64,000 nucleotides of DNA. It comes from Alphaproteobacteria bacterium (GTDB lineage Bacteria; Pseudomonadota; Alphaproteobacteria; UBA828). A model generated the notes under the pieces. It was not told where the DNA came from and did no database searches. It saw only the letters and a list, made by a program, of their open reading frames with translations. Shown in pieces: positions 1-9,519 of the stretch. Every line of letters starts with the position of its first letter. Position 1 is the first letter of the stretch. The stretch is taken from contig CBDCQT010000013.1 in the NCBI GenBank assembly GCA_965220745.1, positions 160,001-224,000 on the forward strand. The letters are read 5' to 3'. Both the position numbers and the translations under genes were made by a program.

Positions 1-113
1 CCTGTCTCGCATCGGGCGTCGGCGATGCCGGCCACAAAGCGTCGTCGGGAGTTCCCCCGTCGTTGCCGCGTCCCCGCCGCTATGCGCGCTATGGGCGATC
101 GCTCTCCCTCGGA

Positions 114-1226
114 TCAGTTCGCCGCAGGCTCCATGCGCGCGATCGCCCACATGAAGCCGACCAGCTCACGGGCCACGGCGGTGACCGCGACCGTGCTGCG
201 CTTTCCTCGTGCGCACAGCGCGCGGTAGCGCCTGGTCAGGCGCGCCTGTGCTTTCCATGCCACCTCCTGGACGTCCTGCGGCAGATGTCTCGTCGCGAAG
301 TATTTCTTCCTTCCCACCGCCGCAGGATGGCGGTAGGCCCAGGCGCTCTCCGCCAACACGTGGCGCACCCGTGCGTTGCCGGCCCTGGTGATGCCGCCGC
401 GCCGAACGCTCTCGCCCGTCGAGCGCTCACAGGGCACGAGGCCGAGATAAGCCATCAGCCGCCGAGGATGCTCGAAGCGACGGATGTCGCCGACCTCCAC
501 CATGAAAGTGACCGCCGTAATCAGGCCGACCCCGCGCAGCGCCTGAAGGCGGTCCACCGCTTGAGCCAGCGGCCAGTCGAGCAGGGCGTCTTCGATCGCT
601 CCTTCCAGCCGCGCGACGCGCTCGCGCTCCTGTCTCTCGGCCGCGATCATCTCGTGCAGCACGACTTTCTGGGCGGGCCAGTCGAAGCTGAGCTCGTGGA
701 GCCAGGCCATGTGCCTGGGGCCCCACGCCTTCTTGCCAGCGTAGACCCTGCCATGACGCAGCAGGAAGGAGCGGATCTCCTGGCGCTTGCGGGTGCGGTC
801 TCTCACCGCCGCCTCGCGGGCGCGCACGAGATCGCGCATCGCTTCATGGGCCTCGTCCGGTGTCCAGATCTCGGTCAGCTCGCCGGCCCGGAACAGGCGT
901 ACCAGCTTCACGGCGTCGCGGCGGTTCGTCTTCACCCGCTCACCGGGCCGGCGCGGGATCAGGGACGGTGCGATGACGGCGCAGTCGTGTCCGAGCCCCT
1001 CGATCAGACGCTTCAGCCCGTAGCCCGTCGGGCCGGCCTCGTAGCAGAAGTGCAGCCGTGCGCCTGGCCGCTCGAGCTTGCGCACGAAACGACGGACGGC
1101 AGCCGCATCCGAGGCGATCTCGCCGAAATACCTGACCTCACCATCGCGTCCGCCTTCCGCCACCGCGACGGCGTGGCTGTCCTTCGACACGTCCAATCCG
1201 ATGAAAACCTCGCTATAGTCGACCAT
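114..1226 (-). CDS. IS110-family transposase/recombinase (DEDD RuvC-like domain plus C-terminal Tnp20 domain)
   Basis: Motifs IGLDVSKD, CYEAGPTG, RVKTNRRDA, LRGVG, AYLGLVP..STG and GITRAGN. ATG at 1226 is preceded by GGAGG. Confidence 0.93.
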   Translation of the reverse strand: MVDYSEVFIGLDVSKDSHAVAVAEGGRDGEVRYFGEIASDAAAVRRFVRKLERPGARLHFCYEAGPTGYGLKRLIEGLGHDCAVIAPSLIPRRPGERVKTNRRDAVKLVRLFRAGELTEIWTPDEAHEAMRDLVRAREAAVRDRTRKRQEIRSFLLRHGRVYAGKKAWGPRHMAWLHELSFDWPAQKVVLHEMIAAERQERERVARLEGAIEDALLDWPLAQAVDRLQALRGVGLITAVTFMVEVGDIRRFEHPRRLMAYLGLVPCERSTGESVRRGGITRAGNARVRHVLAESAWAYRHPAAVGRKKYFATRHLPQDVQEVAWKAQARLTRRYRALCARGKRSTVAVTAVARELVGFMWAIARMEPAAN

Positions 1227-1298
1227 GGTTCGCCCTCCTGGCTTGAGGCCCTGCTCACTGAGCAACCCTCGTTGAGATCAGCCAGTGTAGGGCGAACC
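1227..1298 (-). ncRNA. Structured 5' non-coding segment of the IS110 element (candidate guide or leader RNA)
   Basis: Perfect 10-bp inverted repeat GGTTCGCCCT (1227-1236) / AGGGCGAACC (1289-1298), with nested stems CTGGCT/AGCCAG, GAGG/CCTC and TGCTC/GAGCA. Confidence 0.45.
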
Positions 1299-1433
1299 GC
1301 CCCGCACCAGCCGGACCAGAAGGACATACGGTCTCGCTTGCCTACGCGCTTACGCGCGCGGCGCAGTCGCGCCGTCCGGGCCTGCGGCCCGGCATGGCGG
1401 AGGGGGGACAGGGGGAGGTGGGGCCCCGAAGGA

Positions 1434-2543
1434 TCAGCCGAGGCGTTCGTCGATCAGCCGGTTCACCTCTGTGGCGGCCTCCATCTGCACCATGTGGCCC
1501 TGGCCCTCCATCACCGTGCAGTCCACGCCGTCCGGCAGGCCGTCGGCGTGGGAGGCTGGGATGATCTGGTCGCCCGCGCCCCAGATGACGAGCGTGGGCA
1601 CACTGCCCGCCACGTCGCGCATCGCCTCGGCCTGGGCGCCGCCGGGCGCGAAGGCGTCCCGCACCGTGCTGAGCGCGGCGGTGACCCCGTCGATCCGCTT
1701 GAAGGCGAGCAGGTCGTTGATGAGCTGGCGGGTCACCAGCGCCGGGTCGCTGAACAGCTTCTCGACGTGGGGCTTGAGGTCCTTCCGGCGCTCGGCCGAG
1801 ATGAAGCCCTCCAGATAGTCCCCGTCGATGTCGCTGCCGAGGCCGGCGCTGCCGATCAGGGTGATCGATGCCACACGCTCCGGTGCCGCGCGGGCCACGG
1901 CAAGCGCGATGGCGCCGCCCATGGAGTGGCCGACGAGATGGGCCTGCTCGATTTCCAAGGCGTCGGCGAAGCCGGTGACGATATCGGCGAAGAAGCCGAT
2001 GGAGCCGTCGCCCACGTCCTTGCTGGAGCTGCCGTGCCCCGGCAGGTCGAGGGCATGGACAACCCGCTTGGCGGCGAGGGCCTCGTGGTTGAACAGCCAG
2101 TTGTTGAGGTCGCCGCCGAAGCCGTGGATCAGGATGACCGGCGTGCCGCCTTCGCCCCGCGTGAGGTAGCGGATCGTCCGCCCGGCGACTTCCACCGACT
2201 CGGTCGCCGGGCCGCCATCCTCATCGTCATCCTCGGGCGGCACGAAGTTCGCCTGAAAGTCGGTGACGAAGGCGTCGATATCGGCGTCGGCGACGCTCTC
2301 GTCGGCGACGATGCCGAGCAGGCCGCCGACCGGCAGCACGTCGCCCTCCTGGGCGACGCAGCGGCGGAGCGTGCCCGCGTCCGCCGCCTCGACCGCGCTG
2401 GAGATCTTCTCGGTCTCGATGTCGATGATCTCATCGCCCGGCGTGATCGAATCGCCCTCATCCACAAGCCATCCGGCCACCTTCCCCTCCTTCATGGAGA
2501 GGCCCCATTTGGGCATGCAAACGGTGCGGATGCCCTCGCTCAT
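1434..2543 (-). CDS. acoC: Acetoin dehydrogenase E2 subunit (lipoyl domain plus alpha/beta-hydrolase domain)
   Basis: MPKWGLSM start, lipoyl motif IETEKIS, HGFGG and GHSMGG hydrolase motifs. Overlaps the acoB stop codon. Confidence 0.88.
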   Translation of the reverse strand: MSEGIRTVCMPKWGLSMKEGKVAGWLVDEGDSITPGDEIIDIETEKISSAVEAADAGTLRRCVAQEGDVLPVGGLLGIVADESVADADIDAFVTDFQANFVPPEDDDEDGGPATESVEVAGRTIRYLTRGEGGTPVILIHGFGGDLNNWLFNHEALAAKRVVHALDLPGHGSSSKDVGDGSIGFFADIVTGFADALEIEQAHLVGHSMGGAIALAVARAAPERVASITLIGSAGLGSDIDGDYLEGFISAERRKDLKPHVEKLFSDPALVTRQLINDLLAFKRIDGVTAALSTVRDAFAPGGAQAEAMRDVAGSVPTLVIWGAGDQIIPASHADGLPDGVDCTVMEGQGHMVQMEAATEVNRLIDERLG

Positions 2544-3553
2544 TTGCTGGACTCCATCACCGCCTTCACGGCCTTCTGCACCGCCGCGGCGTCGGGGATG
2601 TAGAGATCCTCGAGCGTATCCGAGAACGGCACCGGCGTGTGCGGGGCGGTCACCTGCTTGATCGGCCCCTTGAGGGAATCGAAGGCCTTTTCGCAGACCA
2701 TCGCCGCGATGTCGGTGGCCATGTTGCAGCGCGGGTGCGCCTCGTCCAGCACCACCAGGCGGCCGGTGTTTTCCACGGTCTCGATCACGGTGTCCTCGTC
2801 GAGCGGCGAGGTCGTGCGCAGGTCGACGATCTCGCACTCGATGCCGTCGTTGGCGAGCGCGTTCGCCGCCTCAGCCGCGACATGAACCATGCGGCCCAGC
2901 GTCACGATCGAGACGTCGTCGCCCTCGCGCACGATGTTGGCCTCGCCGAAGGGGAGCGCATAGGGCTCCTCCGGCACGTCGCCTTCAAGGGTGTAGAGCC
3001 CCTTGTGCTCGCAGAAGATCACCGGGTCGTTGTCGCGGATCGCCTGGATCAGCAGCCCCTTGGCATCGTAGGGCGTCGCCGGGGTTACGACCTTGAGCCC
3101 GGGGATGTGGGTGAACACCGGATAGAGGCACTGCGAGTGCTGGGCGGCAGCGCGCAGCCCGGCGCCGTACATGGTGCGGATCACCACCGGCGTCTCGGCC
3201 TTGCCGCCGAACATGTAGCGGAACTTCGCCGCCTGGTTGAATATCTGGTCGAAGCAGACGCCCATGAAGTCGATGAACATCAACTCCGCCACCGGGCGGA
3301 GGCCCGCGGTCGCCGCGCCCACGGCGGCGCCGATGAACGCGGATTCGCTGATCGGGGTGTCCATCACCCGATCGCCGTACTTGCCGTAAAGCCCCTTGGT
3401 GATGCCGAGCGGGCCGCCCCAGGCGTCGCGCTCGCCGTCGGTGCCGAGCCCGCCGGCCACGTCCTCGCCCATGACGACGACGGTCTCGTCGCGCTCCATC
3501 TCCTGCGCGAGGGCTTCGTTGATCGCCTGCTGGTAGGTCGCTGTGCGTGCCAT
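2540..3553 (-). CDS. acoB: TPP-dependent acetoin dehydrogenase E1 beta subunit
   Basis: Motifs GEDVAGG, DTPISESAF and AAAQHSQ. Lies between the E1 alpha and E2 genes. Confidence 0.88.
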   Translation of the reverse strand: MARTATYQQAINEALAQEMERDETVVVMGEDVAGGLGTDGERDAWGGPLGITKGLYGKYGDRVMDTPISESAFIGAAVGAATAGLRPVAELMFIDFMGVCFDQIFNQAAKFRYMFGGKAETPVVIRTMYGAGLRAAAQHSQCLYPVFTHIPGLKVVTPATPYDAKGLLIQAIRDNDPVIFCEHKGLYTLEGDVPEEPYALPFGEANIVREGDDVSIVTLGRMVHVAAEAANALANDGIECEIVDLRTTSPLDEDTVIETVENTGRLVVLDEAHPRCNMATDIAAMVCEKAFDSLKGPIKQVTAPHTPVPFSDTLEDLYIPDAAAVQKAVKAVMESSK

Positions 3554-3568
3554 GACTCTCTCCCTCGC

Positions 3569-4537
3569 TCAGTAGGATACGTAGACGTCGGTCAGAAGAT
3601 CGGCGGCGGTCGGCGGCGGTGCCACCTTGGCCTTGGCGACCGCGCCATCGATCTGGGCTTCGGCCTCGCCATCGATCGCATCGAGATCGGCGGCATCGAG
3701 CAGCCCGGCCTCGGTCACCCTCTCGCGGAACATCGCCAGGCAGTCGCGCGACTCGCGCAGCTTCTTGACCTCGTCGGGTCCGCGGTAGGTCTGGGCGTCG
3801 CCCTCGAAGTGCCCGTAGTAGCGGTTGAGCTTGCATTCCAGCAGGCTCGGGCCGCCGCCCTCGCGGGCGCGCTTGATAGCCTCGCCGGCGGCCTCGTAGA
3901 CCGCAAAGAAGTCGTGCCCGTCGATCACGACGCCTGGCATGTTGAAGCCGCTGGCGCGGTCGGCGGCATCGTCGCAGGCGATCGACCACTTGGACGAGGT
4001 CGATTCAGCGTAGCCATTGTTCTCGATCACGAAGATGCAGGGCAGGTTCCAGACCGAGGCCAGGTTGAGGCTCTCGAACGTGGTGCCCTGGTTGGAGCCG
4101 CCGTCGCCCACGAATGCGATGGCGACGCCGCCGGTGTCGAGCTGCTTGGCCGCGAGCCCTGCGCCGCAGATCAAGGGCGGGCCGCCGCCCACGATGCCGT
4201 TCGCGCCCATCATGCCCTTGTCGAGGTCGGCGATGTGCATGGAGCCGCCCTTGCCGGCGCAGAGGCCGTCCTTACGGCCGTAAATCTCCGCCATCATGCC
4301 GTCCACGTCGCATCCCTTGGCGATGCAGTGGCCGTGGCCGCGGTGGGTGCTGGCGATGCGGTCGCGATCGTCGAGGTGCATGCACACGCCGACGCCGCTC
4401 GCCTCCTCGCCGGCATAGAGGTGCACGAAACCCGGAATCTCGCCGGTCGCGAACTCGATGTGAAGGCGTTCCTCGAACTCGCGAATTGTGCGCATGGTTG
4501 TGTAAGCCTTCAACAATTCGTCTCTGCTGAGCTGCAT
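3569..4537 (-). CDS. acoA: TPP-dependent acetoin dehydrogenase E1 alpha subunit
   Basis: GFVHLYAGEEA, STHRGHGH, the TPP motif GDGG..N and YYGHFEGD. Confidence 0.88.
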   Translation of the reverse strand: MQLSRDELLKAYTTMRTIREFEERLHIEFATGEIPGFVHLYAGEEASGVGVCMHLDDRDRIASTHRGHGHCIAKGCDVDGMMAEIYGRKDGLCAGKGGSMHIADLDKGMMGANGIVGGGPPLICGAGLAAKQLDTGGVAIAFVGDGGSNQGTTFESLNLASVWNLPCIFVIENNGYAESTSSKWSIACDDAADRASGFNMPGVVIDGHDFFAVYEAAGEAIKRAREGGGPSLLECKLNRYYGHFEGDAQTYRGPDEVKKLRESRDCLAMFRERVTEAGLLDAADLDAIDGEAEAQIDGAVAKAKVAPPPTAADLLTDVYVSY

Positions 4538-4576
4538 ACCAGTGGCTCCCCTTTGCCTGCGTGGTGGCGTTCGGCC

Positions 4577-5671
<1,095 letters not shown>

Positions 5672-5707
5672 CAGTACCCCCAGACAGGCATTCGATCAGG
5701 CTCCCGC

Positions 5708-6586
5708 CTACTCTCTGACCGCGCCCATGGTCAGGCCGGCGACGAGATAGCGTCGGATCAGAAGGCCCAGGAACATCATCGGGACGGTCGTGACCACGCC
5801 TGCGGCCATGATCATGCCCCACTGAATCTTGACAGGTTGGACGAGCTCGGCCGTGGCCACCGGCAGGGTCTTGGCGCCGCCCGAGCCGATGATCGTGGCG
5901 AACAGGAAGTCGTTCCAACCGAAGAGCACGCAGAGCACAATGAAGGCGCCGAGCCCCGGTGCCACCAGTGGGATGATCAGCCTGAACGCCTGCCAGCGGG
6001 TGCAGCCGTCGCACTGCGCCGCTTCCTCGATCGCGTAGGGAACGTTGTCGAAGAAGCCTTTCAGAATCCAGATAGCGAAGGGCAGGTTGAAGGTGGTGTA
6101 GGCGAGAATCAGGCCGGGCAGGGTGCCGACCAGCCCGGACGAGCGGAAGATCACGTAGAGCGGCACCATGACCGCCACCACCGGCGCCATCCGGGTAGAG
6201 ATGATCCAGAACAGCAGGTCGCGCTTGCCGCGAAACTCGGCGCGGGAGAGCGCGTAGGCCGCCATCGAGCCGAGCGAGACGGAGACCGCCGCCGAGCCCA
6301 GCGACGCGATCAGGCTGTTGCGCAGGTAGGTGCCGAAATGCTTCTCGGTAAAGAGCTCGACGTAGTGCGTGCCGGTCGGCTTGAAGTCGAACATCACGCC
6401 GAGGTTGCCCCAATCGCCCGGCTCCGGCAGCTGGAACGCATCCAGAAGGTCCTTGAAGGACGAGACCACCATGATGAAGAGCGGCAGCACGGTCCAGACG
6501 AAGAAGAAGATCAGGAACAGGATCGAGAGACCCTGCAGAACGCTGCGAAGCGGCGAGCGATAGCGGACGATCTCGCGGGATGCCAT
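5708..6586 (-). CDS. Carbohydrate ABC transporter permease (MalG-like)
   Basis: Hydrophobic helices and EAA loop IEEAAQCDG. Confidence 0.9.
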   Translation of the reverse strand: MASREIVRYRSPLRSVLQGLSILFLIFFFVWTVLPLFIMVVSSFKDLLDAFQLPEPGDWGNLGVMFDFKPTGTHYVELFTEKHFGTYLRNSLIASLGSAAVSVSLGSMAAYALSRAEFRGKRDLLFWIISTRMAPVVAVMVPLYVIFRSSGLVGTLPGLILAYTTFNLPFAIWILKGFFDNVPYAIEEAAQCDGCTRWQAFRLIIPLVAPGLGAFIVLCVLFGWNDFLFATIIGSGGAKTLPVATAELVQPVKIQWGMIMAAGVVTTVPMMFLGLLIRRYLVAGLTMGAVRE

Positions 6587-6589
6587 CGG

Positions 6590-7564
6590 CTAGTGCTCGC
6601 GCTCGGTCCTGATCTTGCGGGTCGGGTCCTCGAACACCTTGGTCAGCACCAGGCCCAGCAGGATCGTCAGCAGCAGCAGAGTGAACGCAATGGCAGCGCC
6701 ACGGCCGAGCTCGAAGAACTTGAACGACACGTCGAACAGGTAGGTCGGCAGAATTTTGGTCGCGTTGGCGGGGCCACCACCGGTCATGATCAGGATCGTG
6801 TCGATGAATCTGAAGTTGTCCATGAAGCGGAGCAGGATTGCGATCAGCAGGAACGGGTAGAGGTTGGGCAGCGCGACGCTGAAGAAATTGCGGAACGGTC
6901 CGGCGCCGTCGACCATGTGCGCTTCAAGCTGATCCTGCGGCACGCGCTTGAGGCCGGCGAGCGTGATGAGCGCGATGAGCGGGGTCCATTGCCAGACGTC
7001 GGTCGCGACGATCGCGAACATCGCCCAGAACTTGTTGCCGAGGATCGAGCCGCCTTCGAGCAGCCCGATGCTCTGCAACAGCCAGAAATACCAGCCGAAG
7101 GTCCCGTTATAGAGAAACATGTAAAGGAAACCGGCGACGACCGGCGCCATCATCATCGGCATCAGGAAGATGGTGACGAGGATTTTCTCGAAGCGGTTGT
7201 TGTTGAGGATGACCGCCACGAGGACGCCGAGGCCGATCTCGACCGAGAGGCAGAGCGCGCTGTACTTGAAGAGCGTGAGCCAGCCTCTGATGAACTTCTT
7301 GTCGGAGGCGAGCCGGGAGAAGTTGTCGATGCCGGCCCATACGTCCGACTTACCCGGCGCGAGTTGCACCTCGTGCAGGGTCATGTAGACCAGCCAGACC
7401 AGGGGATAGAGGGAGATCGCCGCCAGCAGCAGGATCGCCGGCAGCATCAGCCAAAGCAGGTAGTAGCGCGGCGGCCGGTGATTGAATTCCTCCGGCACGT
7501 AATCGATCGTCCGTACACCGCGCACGACGCCGCCCGCGACATCGATGTTCGCGATGTTGGCCAT
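6590..7564 (-). CDS. Carbohydrate ABC transporter permease (MalF-like)
   Basis: DVWQWTP, EAA-like LEAHMVDGA and MTGGGP motifs. Confidence 0.9.
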   Translation of the reverse strand: MANIANIDVAGGVVRGVRTIDYVPEEFNHRPPRYYLLWLMLPAILLLAAISLYPLVWLVYMTLHEVQLAPGKSDVWAGIDNFSRLASDKKFIRGWLTLFKYSALCLSVEIGLGVLVAVILNNNRFEKILVTIFLMPMMMAPVVAGFLYMFLYNGTFGWYFWLLQSIGLLEGGSILGNKFWAMFAIVATDVWQWTPLIALITLAGLKRVPQDQLEAHMVDGAGPFRNFFSVALPNLYPFLLIAILLRFMDNFRFIDTILIMTGGGPANATKILPTYLFDVSFKFFELGRGAAIAFTLLLLTILLGLVLTKVFEDPTRKIRTEREH

Positions 7565-7632
7565 GCGCTGGGTCTCCGCGCCGTTTCGCCGTCCGCGGCC
7601 GGCTACTGTCTGTGTTGGTCAGAAGCCGCAAC

Positions 7633-7672
7633 CCGCCCGAGAGACGCCGGGATGCCGGCGCGCCTCGGGCGG
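7633..7672 (-). terminator. Intergenic stem-loop between the binding-protein and permease genes
   Basis: CCGCCCGAG/CTCGGGCGG outer stem and CGCCGG/CCGGCG inner stem. No U-tract, so it is probably an mRNA-stabilising hairpin. Confidence 0.45.
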
Positions 7673-7683
7673 AGCGGTGTTAC

Positions 7684-9213
7684 CTAGACGTCGTGGATGG
7701 CGTCCAGCTCGTCCCGAATGGAATCGCATGCCTCCTGAGCCGAAAGCTCACCGGAGATGCACTGCTGCGTGCCGACGCGAACGATCTCGTGATACTCGTT
7801 CGACTTCGGCAGCTTCGGCCCGAGCACCATGTTGGGTGTGCGGATGCCCTTGTCGTAGACCGCCTCGAAGGTGAGCGCGTTCGGCATGGTGGTCGGCCGA
7901 TTGCGCGCCTCCTGGACCTCCGGCACGTCGAGGACGGACTTGCGGGTAGGCGTGCCGCCGACGCCGCGCAGCACCATGAGCTGCGTGTCGTGGCTGCAGG
8001 CCCAGCTGGCGAAGATGAACGCCGCACGCTGCAGGTCCATGTCCGCCCCGGCGTTGATGCCGATGCCGCCGATGCCGCAGTTGGTTGCGTTGACGACATT
8101 GTCGCCACCGTCGACGTTCCACTCGACGGCGCCCTTGGGCCCCATGGCGTAGCCCGTCTTGCCGCCCGCGGCGACGGACTGCTCAGGATCCTCCACCGAG
8201 GCCGCGAACTCGTGGTACTGGATCTGCATGGCCACGCCGCCGGCGGCGTAGACCGTGTTCAGCTCCAGGGTGCCGTTGGTCAGGTTGTCGGGATGGCTGA
8301 CGTCGGCGAGGGCCTTGTAGCCTTCCATCGCCTTGACCGACTGCGCATCGCCCCAGTTGGTCGGGCCGGGGTTCTTCGAGCCCAGCGTGTCGTCGACCGC
8401 GAAGTCGAGCCACTGGTTCTGCGCGTACATGTGCCGCTGGATGTCGAGCTGCGTGGTCCAGCCAAACGAGCCGTGATGCTGCGCGTAGCCGTAGGGGATG
8501 GACGAATCGCGCTCGTGCATCTTCCCGAAGAACTCGGTGATATCGACCATGTCCTTGTAGGTCGTCTCGTCGGTGAACTCGAGGCGGTAGCCGTAGTCTG
8601 CCTCGAAGTCCTTGGTCAGCTTCTCGAACAGGTCCTGCCGGTAGAAGGTGCAGGACACCGCGCAGTCATAGGGGAAGGCGCGGATCGGGCCGCGCTCGTA
8701 GTAGACGCCGCAGGCATCCAGATAATTCTCGAACCAGACGTCGCTGCCGTAACCCTGCGGGTCGAGCGGCAGCGTGTCGTCGACCGAGAACTCGTTGAGG
8801 TCGGCGTAGAAGTCCGCGAAGGGCGAGCCGATCGGCTTGTCCTGCACGTAGTTGAGGTGATAGTCGGCCTGGCCGCTACGCAGGTCGATACCGACCTTCT
8901 GCTGCACGGTGGGCAGGCCGTCGGTGAGAATCTCAACTTCGATCCCGGTGAGATCGTAGAACGCCTGGATGTTGTCGCGGATCGCGAAGGACGGCGGCGT
9001 GTTCTCGGACATGAAGACGAGCTTCGAGCCCTCGTACTGGCGCCACTTGGCTTCATCGGACGAATAGGCGTAGACCGGGCGGCGCGTGATCACCGAGTTC
9101 ATGCCAACCGCGATCGAGCCCGCGCCGAGTGCGGTTGCGACACCGCCTCCGAGCTCGAGGAATTTGCGGCGGCTGATCGGCTTGTACAGCGCCTTCTTGG
9201 GCATAGAGAACAT
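7684..9213 (-). CDS. Tat-exported extracellular solute-binding protein (CUT1 family)
   Basis: Twin-arginine signal SRRKFL. First gene of the ABC operon. Confidence 0.85.
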   Translation of the reverse strand: MFSMPKKALYKPISRRKFLELGGGVATALGAGSIAVGMNSVITRRPVYAYSSDEAKWRQYEGSKLVFMSENTPPSFAIRDNIQAFYDLTGIEVEILTDGLPTVQQKVGIDLRSGQADYHLNYVQDKPIGSPFADFYADLNEFSVDDTLPLDPQGYGSDVWFENYLDACGVYYERGPIRAFPYDCAVSCTFYRQDLFEKLTKDFEADYGYRLEFTDETTYKDMVDITEFFGKMHERDSSIPYGYAQHHGSFGWTTQLDIQRHMYAQNQWLDFAVDDTLGSKNPGPTNWGDAQSVKAMEGYKALADVSHPDNLTNGTLELNTVYAAGGVAMQIQYHEFAASVEDPEQSVAAGGKTGYAMGPKGAVEWNVDGGDNVVNATNCGIGGIGINAGADMDLQRAAFIFASWACSHDTQLMVLRGVGGTPTRKSVLDVPEVQEARNRPTTMPNALTFEAVYDKGIRTPNMVLGPKLPKSNEYHEIVRVGTQQCISGELSAQEACDSIRDELDAIHDV

Positions 9214-9519
9214 GCTGTGCTCCTCCTTGGCGAATGTCGGGCTATGGCGTAACAGGGACGGGACGGTGTGAATATCGCGGCTCGCGCGGCAAGCTTCCGC
9301 GCGGTCTCCCTCCGCCGGCTGGCGGCAAACTGAACGTTTGTTTTCCCGGTGTCAATGGTCGCACCGATCAGGAACAAGCTCGTGTGTTGCCCGCAAGTTC
9401 TCTCCCTGTGGTCGACGGAATTCCACCGATTCCATCGATTCAACGACGGCGAAGCTCCTTGACCTTCCCCCGGCAGGCGCTTGTATGGGGAATGCACGGG
9501 GCAGGAGGCCGGAAGCGGA

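Larger units (their letters stand above)
1..1334 (-). mobile_element. IS110-family insertion sequence; right end lies beyond the window start
   Basis: Transposase with structured non-coding flanks. Left boundary estimated near AGACCGTATGTC (minus strand, 1334). No terminal inverted repeat can be assessed. Confidence 0.7.

Noticed and set aside
63-2603. 846-aa plus-strand ORF across the IS and acoC
   Set aside because: Antisense to two well-supported genes; no domain signal.
9214-9519. Sigma54 promoter expected for an aco operon
   Set aside because: No TGGCAC-N5-TTGC match found by eye on the minus strand.
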